Of a stretch of DNA of 33,058 nucleotides, positions 28,605-33,058 are shown in pieces. The stretch comes from an uncultured virus (IMG/VR IMGVR_UViG_2061766007_001416). Lineage: Duplodnaviria > Heunggongvirae > Uroviricota > Caudoviricetes. The DNA lies in IMG/VR virus record IMGVR_UViG_2061766007_001416; one strand, given 5' to 3'. The notes under the pieces were generated by a model. The model did not search any database and was not told the origin of the DNA. It saw only the letters and a program-made list of their open reading frames with translations. Both the position numbers and the translations under genes were made by a program. Numbering within the stretch: the first letter of the stretch is position 1; the number at the start of each line of letters is the position of its first letter.

Positions 28605-28795
28605 TAACATATGAAGATTTATGCGTAGGCTGTACAGGGATGGGGCTTAGTTGTCAAGGTAACTCCTGCCCGAATAAAAACGTAAAAACGTTAATTTGTG
28701 ACAGTTGCGGAAAGACGTTCGATTTACTATATTGCGTTGACGGCGAGGAATTGTGTGCCGAGTGTGTTCTTGACGGCTTAGAGGTAATAGAGTAA
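28601..28795 (+). CDS. Small Cys-rich (zinc-binding) protein
   Basis: CVGC...C...CP...CDSCG...LCAEC; RBS AAGGAGG. Confidence 0.7.
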   Translation: MITYEDLCVGCTGMGLSCQGNSCPNKNVKTLICDSCGKTFDLLYCVDGEELCAECVLDGLEVIE

Positions 28796-28869
28796 TGAAG
28801 AACGAAATTATAAAGGTTACACAACTACTTATAACACCGACAGAACATAAAATCAACAGACGGTACGGT

Positions 28870-28935
28870 GTCGGCGTATGTGTAGAATGTACAAAACAGT
28901 TCGTCGGCGTATGTGTAGAATGTACAAAACAGTTC
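28870..28935 (+). repeat. 33-bp perfect tandem duplication
   Basis: GTCGGCGTATGTGTAGAATGTACAAAACAGTTC twice (28870-28902 and 28903-28935), in frame in ORF 28795-29073. Confidence 0.9.
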
Positions 28936-29002
28936 TGGTGCATATCGAACGACAGAGGTATACAGTGCAGTCAGTACGACAAAAGAGAGGAGAAAAGTTA
29001 CA

Positions 29003-29299
29003 ATGAAAATAACAGACGAAACGAGAAAAAAAGTGCTCACCATAATGAACTTGGCAATGTTGCTGAACAGTAGCGACACTAAAAAAGCGGTAACAGGCGA
29101 AAAGCCTACAATAACGGTAACTTTTTTTGGGCATACTTGTTATTTCGAGGTAAATATGTACGAAAACGGGTATGCAAGGAATGAAAAACCTATTTGCTAT
29201 GAAACATACCTTGACGGGAGCTTACCCGAACATAGCACCGATTTGGACAAAATTATTGGTGTTCTCACAGAGCTTTGCGGAGCGTGGGGTGTCATTTGA
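29003..29299 (+). CDS. Hypothetical protein
   Basis: 98 aa, RBS GAGGAG. Confidence 0.6.
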   Translation: MKITDETRKKVLTIMNLAMLLNSSDTKKAVTGEKPTITVTFFGHTCYFEVNMYENGYARNEKPICYETYLDGSLPEHSTDLDKIIGVLTELCGAWGVI

Positions 29300-30096
29300 T
29301 GGACAGTAACGAAATTATCATAGTCAAGCAACTTCCGATTATCGAAGAACAGTTGCAGACGCTGAAATCCGAAATTGAAGCAAGGGTGTCAACCGCCCTT
29401 GCGATGGAATGTACGAACACGACACTCAAAGAGGTTAAGCAAATGCGTACAACCCTCAGAAAAGAGCTTGATGAATTTGAACAGCGTAGAAAAGATGTCA
29501 AGGCAAAAATCGAAGCTCCGTATAAGGCTTTTGAAGAAATCTACAAGGAATGCGTTTCAAACACTTACAAAAACGCTGACGCTGAATTAAAATGCAAAAT
29601 TGACAGCGTAGAAGCCGCAAGAAAAGCCGAAAAGCTGAAAAAGGTAAAAGTATATGCCGAAGAATTAAAGCAGGCTACGGGCTTATTCTGGCTTGATACA
29701 GACAGAATTATTCCGCCTGTTACTTTGTCGGTAAGCGTAAAATCGCTGATAGATAAAGTAAGTCAGGCAATCGAAAGCATTAAAAATGATGTTGACTGCA
29801 TTGATGACGCTGAAATCTTAGCGGAATATCAGAAAACGCTTAATCTTGCACAGGCACAAAAGACAGTCAAGGAACGGCGAGAAGCGATTGAACGAGCAAA
29901 ACAGCAGGCAGAACAGACGCAAAAGCAAGATGAGGTTCAAAAACAGGTGGAAAGTAAGATTGATGAAGCTCTTACACCGCCAACGGTTCAGGAAACTGAA
30001 AAAATGTACAGAATGTCTTTTACAGTTGTGGGTACACGCTCACAACTGAAAGAAATAAAACAATTTTTAGAAAGTAGAGGTATTCAGTATGAATAA
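29299..30096 (+). CDS. DUF1351-like coiled-coil protein
   Basis: ATG at 29299; EVKQMRTTLRKELDEFEQRRKDVK...PY..FE; directly upstream of the RecT-like gene. Confidence 0.7.
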   Translation: MDSNEIIIVKQLPIIEEQLQTLKSEIEARVSTALAMECTNTTLKEVKQMRTTLRKELDEFEQRRKDVKAKIEAPYKAFEEIYKECVSNTYKNADAELKCKIDSVEAARKAEKLKKVKVYAEELKQATGLFWLDTDRIIPPVTLSVSVKSLIDKVSQAIESIKNDVDCIDDAEILAEYQKTLNLAQAQKTVKERREAIERAKQQAEQTQKQDEVQKQVESKIDEALTPPTVQETEKMYRMSFTVVGTRSQLKEIKQFLESRGIQYE

Positions 30097-31366
30097 TAAT
30101 CAATTGCAGACAAGAAAAGTGCCGTTTTCGGCAAAAATCCAGTCGACAGGGATTAAGAAGCTCATTAATGAAACGCTGGGCGACCCTAAACGCTCTATGC
30201 GATTTATTTCGTCAATAACATCAGCAGTGGCGGTCAATTCTGCATTACAGGAATGTGAGTTTAATACCGTCCTTACGGGTGCATTATTGGGCGAAAGCCT
30301 TAACCTCAGTCCGTCTCCTCAGTTGGGTCAGTATTACCTTGTACCGTTTAAGAACCGCAAAAAAGGCACTACGGAAGCACAATTTGTCCTTGGCTTAACC
30401 TAATGGGTCAAGTAAAACCGTGTGAACCCTATTACTCAGGGGTGTACAGTTTTATGTGCTAACGGTGGAAACCCTCCACAGCCTCTATATCCTAAAAAGA
30501 ATTGACATAAGGGCAACACCGTGCTATAATGTATTTGAGGTGATACATTATGACTGGCATTTACTTAATAAAAAATCTTGTAAATGGAAAAAAATATATC
30601 GGTCAAAGCGTAGATATACAACGCAGAAAAAAAGAACACAAATATATTTGCAGCGAATCCAACCAAAGCCTTAAACGTGCGTATAATAAGTACGGATATG
30701 ATAATTTCTCTTTTGAAGTCTTGGAAGAATGTGACAAGTCTCTGTTAGACGAACGGGAAATTTTTTGGATAGAAAAATTAAAGCCCGAATATAACAGGAC
30801 GCGTGGGGGACGTGGAGTTACCGGAATATCTTTTAGCGAGGAAACAAAGGAAAAATTGAGAGAAGCCGGGAAAAAACAATGGGACTCCAAAACAGAAGAA
30901 GAAAAAGCTCAGATTATAAAGAACAATCTTAAAGGGCCGCAGGTAGGACACAGTGTTTCTGAGGAAACAAGAGAAAAGCTCAGAAACGCAAATCTTGGCA
31001 AAAAGCAAAGCCAAGAAACGATAAAAAAGAGATGTGCAAAGCTTAAAGGCCGACACAGAGATAATAGTTATCGTAATAAACCAGTCATTTGTATTGAGAC
31101 AGGCGAAGTATTTAAGTCTATAAAAGACGCAAATGAAAAATACGGACTGTCTACGTTATGCGGACACTTGAAAGGTAAATATAAGACTTGCAAGGGAAAG
31201 CATTACCGATACTTGTAGTGTAACGACTAACAGTGATGAATGTAACTGTGTAGAGTGGAAGATGAGTTACCACTCCAAGCGCACGGCATCTTGTGAGATG
31301 AAGAGATAGTCTAATCCAACGCAAATGGTAAATCGTTGGTATAAATGATAAAGGTTACTTACAGCT
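30089..31366 (+). CDS. RecT-family ssDNA-annealing recombinase, spliced: exon 1 30089-30395, exon 2 from 31348 (runs into a gap)
   Basis: LNLSPSPQLGQYYLVPFK...AQFVLG, and joining the exons gives GYKGYLQ, matching GYKGYIQL in the uninterrupted allele at 31378-31553. Confidence 0.85.
30502..30530 (+). promoter_or_regulatory. Consensus promoter inside the intron, upstream of the homing endonuclease
   Basis: TTGACA(30502)-17 bp-TATAAT(30525) with extended -10 TG; RBS GAGGTG before ATG 30550. Confidence 0.8.
30550..31218 (+). CDS. Intron-encoded GIY-YIG homing endonuclease with NUMOD3-like repeats and a C-terminal HTH-like region
   Basis: GIYLIKNLVNGKKYIGQS; SEETKEKL and SEETREKL repeats; KPVICIETGEVFKSIKDA. 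Confidence 0.92.
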   Translation: MTGIYLIKNLVNGKKYIGQSVDIQRRKKEHKYICSESNQSLKRAYNKYGYDNFSFEVLEECDKSLLDEREIFWIEKLKPEYNRTRGGRGVTGISFSEETKEKLREAGKKQWDSKTEEEKAQIIKNNLKGPQVGHSVSEETREKLRNANLGKKQSQETIKKRCAKLKGRHRDNSYRNKPVICIETGEVFKSIKDANEKYGLSTLCGHLKGKYKTCKGKHYRYL

Positions 31367-31377
31367 NNNNNNNNNNT

Positions 31378-31925
31378 CCACAACTAGGACATTACTACCT
31401 TGTACCATTCAACAACCGAAAACAAGGCACTACAGAAGCACAGTTTATCTTAGGCTATAAAGGATACATTCAGCTGGCTGCACGTTCAGGCAATTACAAG
31501 CATATTAACGTCATGGAGATCAAAGAGGGCGAGCTTGTTTCGTATAATCCGTTNNNNNNNNNNTGCTATCCGTTCGGGCAACTACAAAAAAATTAACGTC
31601 ATGGAGATCAAAGAGGGCGAGCTTGTTTCGTATAATCCGTTTGACGAAGAGATTATTCTCAATCCAATTCAGGATGTTGACGAGCGTGAGAAAACCCCGA
31701 CAATAGGCTATTACGCAATGTTTGAATACACCAACGGATTTAAAAAGGTTCTTTATTGGAGCAAAGCTCAGATGTTAGCTCACGCTGACAAATACAGCAA
31801 GGCATTTTCTGTTAATGCAACACGCGGAAAATATCCGAAAGTATCATATGCAGACTATGCAGCAGGGAACTACAACAAAGATGATGAATGGTTGTATTCT
31901 TCATTTTGGTACAAAGATTTTGACT
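31378..31925 (+). CDS. RecT-family recombinase, intron-less allele and downstream fragments
   Basis: PQLGHYYLVPFNN...AQFILGYKGYIQLAARSG; IGYYAMFEYTNGFKKVLYW...FWYKDFD. Confidence 0.85.
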
Positions 31926-31935
31926 NNNNNNNNNN

Positions 31936-32120
31936 AACGCTCAGGGCTTAAACGAACCCAATGTGAAAGAAAAATCGGCTACAGTAAAGAGGCGTTTTGG
32001 AAGTGGGAAACAGGCGTGAGGATTCCTAACGGAAAAGCCTTGATGGATTTAGCAACGTTTTTTAACGTATCTACCGACTATCTTTTAGGGTTGACAGATA
32101 AGAAAGAGAGGTTGAAGTAA
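31936..32120 (+). CDS. XRE-family HTH protein (5' end in gap)
   Basis: KWETGVRIPNGKALMDLATFFNVSTDYLLG. Confidence 0.75.
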
Positions 32121-32987
32121 TTGATCGACGGCATTATTGTAGTTAAGCAACTCCCCGTTATTGAGGAACGATTGAAAGATGTCAAAACCGACATAGAAAG
32201 CCGTACATCTGCGGCGGTCGCTATGGATTGCACAGAAGAGAACTACAAGGACGTAAAGAAAATTCGTGCAGAACTCAACAAAGAGTATAAAGAGTATGAG
32301 GATTTCAGAAAGGCTGTTAAAAAGACGGTAGAAACACCTTACAAGAATTTTGAGGAAGTATTCAAGGAATGTGTCACTGACTCCTTTAAAGCCGCTGACA
32401 GCAAGCTGAAAGCAAAAATCAACAACGTTGAGGACAGTTTGAAAGCACAGAAGCGTGACAATGTTTTGAAATTCGCTGAGGAGCTTAAAGCTTCATATTC
32501 TCTTGACTGGCTCAACATTAACAGAGTTATGCCTAATATNNNNNNNNNNTTACCGAACTAAACGCAAAGATTGACAGCGTAGAAGACGGCTTGAAAGCTT
32601 CAAAGCGTGAAAACGTGTTGAAATTTGCAGAGGAATTGAAGGCTTCATATTCTCTTGACTGGCTCAACATTAACAGAGTTATGCCTAATATTACTTTATC
32701 AGCAAGTGAATCAAGTTTGATTCAGAAAGTTTCTGACGAACTCGAGAGGATTAACACAGATGTACAGGCTATTACCGATATTGAGGTTTTGGCTGAATAC
32801 AAGAAGTCTTTAAACCTTGCACAATCTAATTTGACTGTTGCAAACAGGCGAAAAGAAATTGAAGAAGCAAGACTTGAAGCCGAACGCAAGGCACATCAGG
32901 AAGAGATTAAGCAGGAAACCGAGAAAAAGGTTGAAACGCTTGCACCGCCTGTAGTGGAAGAAAAACCGCCAAAAGAAGAGGTCAAGC
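32121..32987 (+). CDS. DUF1351-like protein, further alleles (gapped)
   Basis: IIVVKQLPVIEE...DVKKIRAELNKE is homologous to 29299-30096; the segment around the gap at 32540-32549 is repeated. Confidence 0.7.
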
Positions 32988-33058
32988 NNNNNNNNNNCAA
33001 AGGAGATGTTTGAAGATGATCGATAACCTTTTTGGTAAACGTTTGAGAGACCTGCGTG

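Larger units (their letters stand above)
30396..31347 (+). ncRNA. Group I self-splicing intron (952 nt)
   Basis: 5' exon ends in U paired to G in P1; terminal G at 31347; P3 CCGTGTG/CGCACGG; P4 ACGGTG/CACCGT; P7 GACTA/TAGTC; S-like AAGAGATAGTCT; P10-like TAACCT/AGGTTA. Confidence 0.92.

Noticed and set aside
28870..28935. CRISPR mini-array
   Set aside because: The two 33-bp units are directly adjacent with no spacer and lie in frame in an ORF.
30456..30674. 72-aa ORF upstream of the endonuclease
   Set aside because: It overlaps the intron core and internal promoter, has no RBS and lacks protein-like features.
395..31056. Minus-strand ORFs in the track (e.g. 3870-4403, 7254-7931, 11176-11808, 22966-23565, 25381-26064)
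   Set aside because: They are antisense shadows of well-supported + strand genes or run through N gaps, and show no recognisable motifs.

Overview
A gapped, composite scaffold of a tailed phage or prophage with a siphovirus-type tail module, probably infecting a gut Firmicute (inferred from protein families, AGGAGG-type RBSs and SPOR/CW_7 endolysin domains). All credible genes are on the + strand. Many 10-N gaps are flanked by near-identical but non-identical copies of the same gene, so several related strains were scaffolded together and apparent duplications are mostly alleles. Layout: 1-17.0 kb head-tail, tail, tape-measure, Dit, Tal and baseplate genes in several allelic versions; 17.6-19.0 kb endolysin, a Tad1 anti-Thoeris gene and a shortened holin; 19.0-19.6 kb a membrane protein, a tiny basic CxxC peptide and a sigma-R4-like HTH; 19.7-20.9 kb an acr/aca-like island (consensus promoter with operator, small ORF, RHH-like protein, GNAT); 21.0-24.5 kb an uncharacterised 7-gene operon (Cys-protease-like, Q/P-rich, Q-rich, Gly-rich hydrophobic plus coiled-coil, jelly-roll-like, RG/SY-rich and helical proteins) containing a hairpin with a palindromic loop; 24.6-25.2 kb a second acr/aca-like unit; 25.2-33 kb early/replication genes including a PAPS-reductase-like gene, DUF1351-like genes and a RecT-like gene interrupted by a 952-nt group I intron with a GIY-YIG homing endonuclease. 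Family assignments come from motif recognition by eye, not from database searches.
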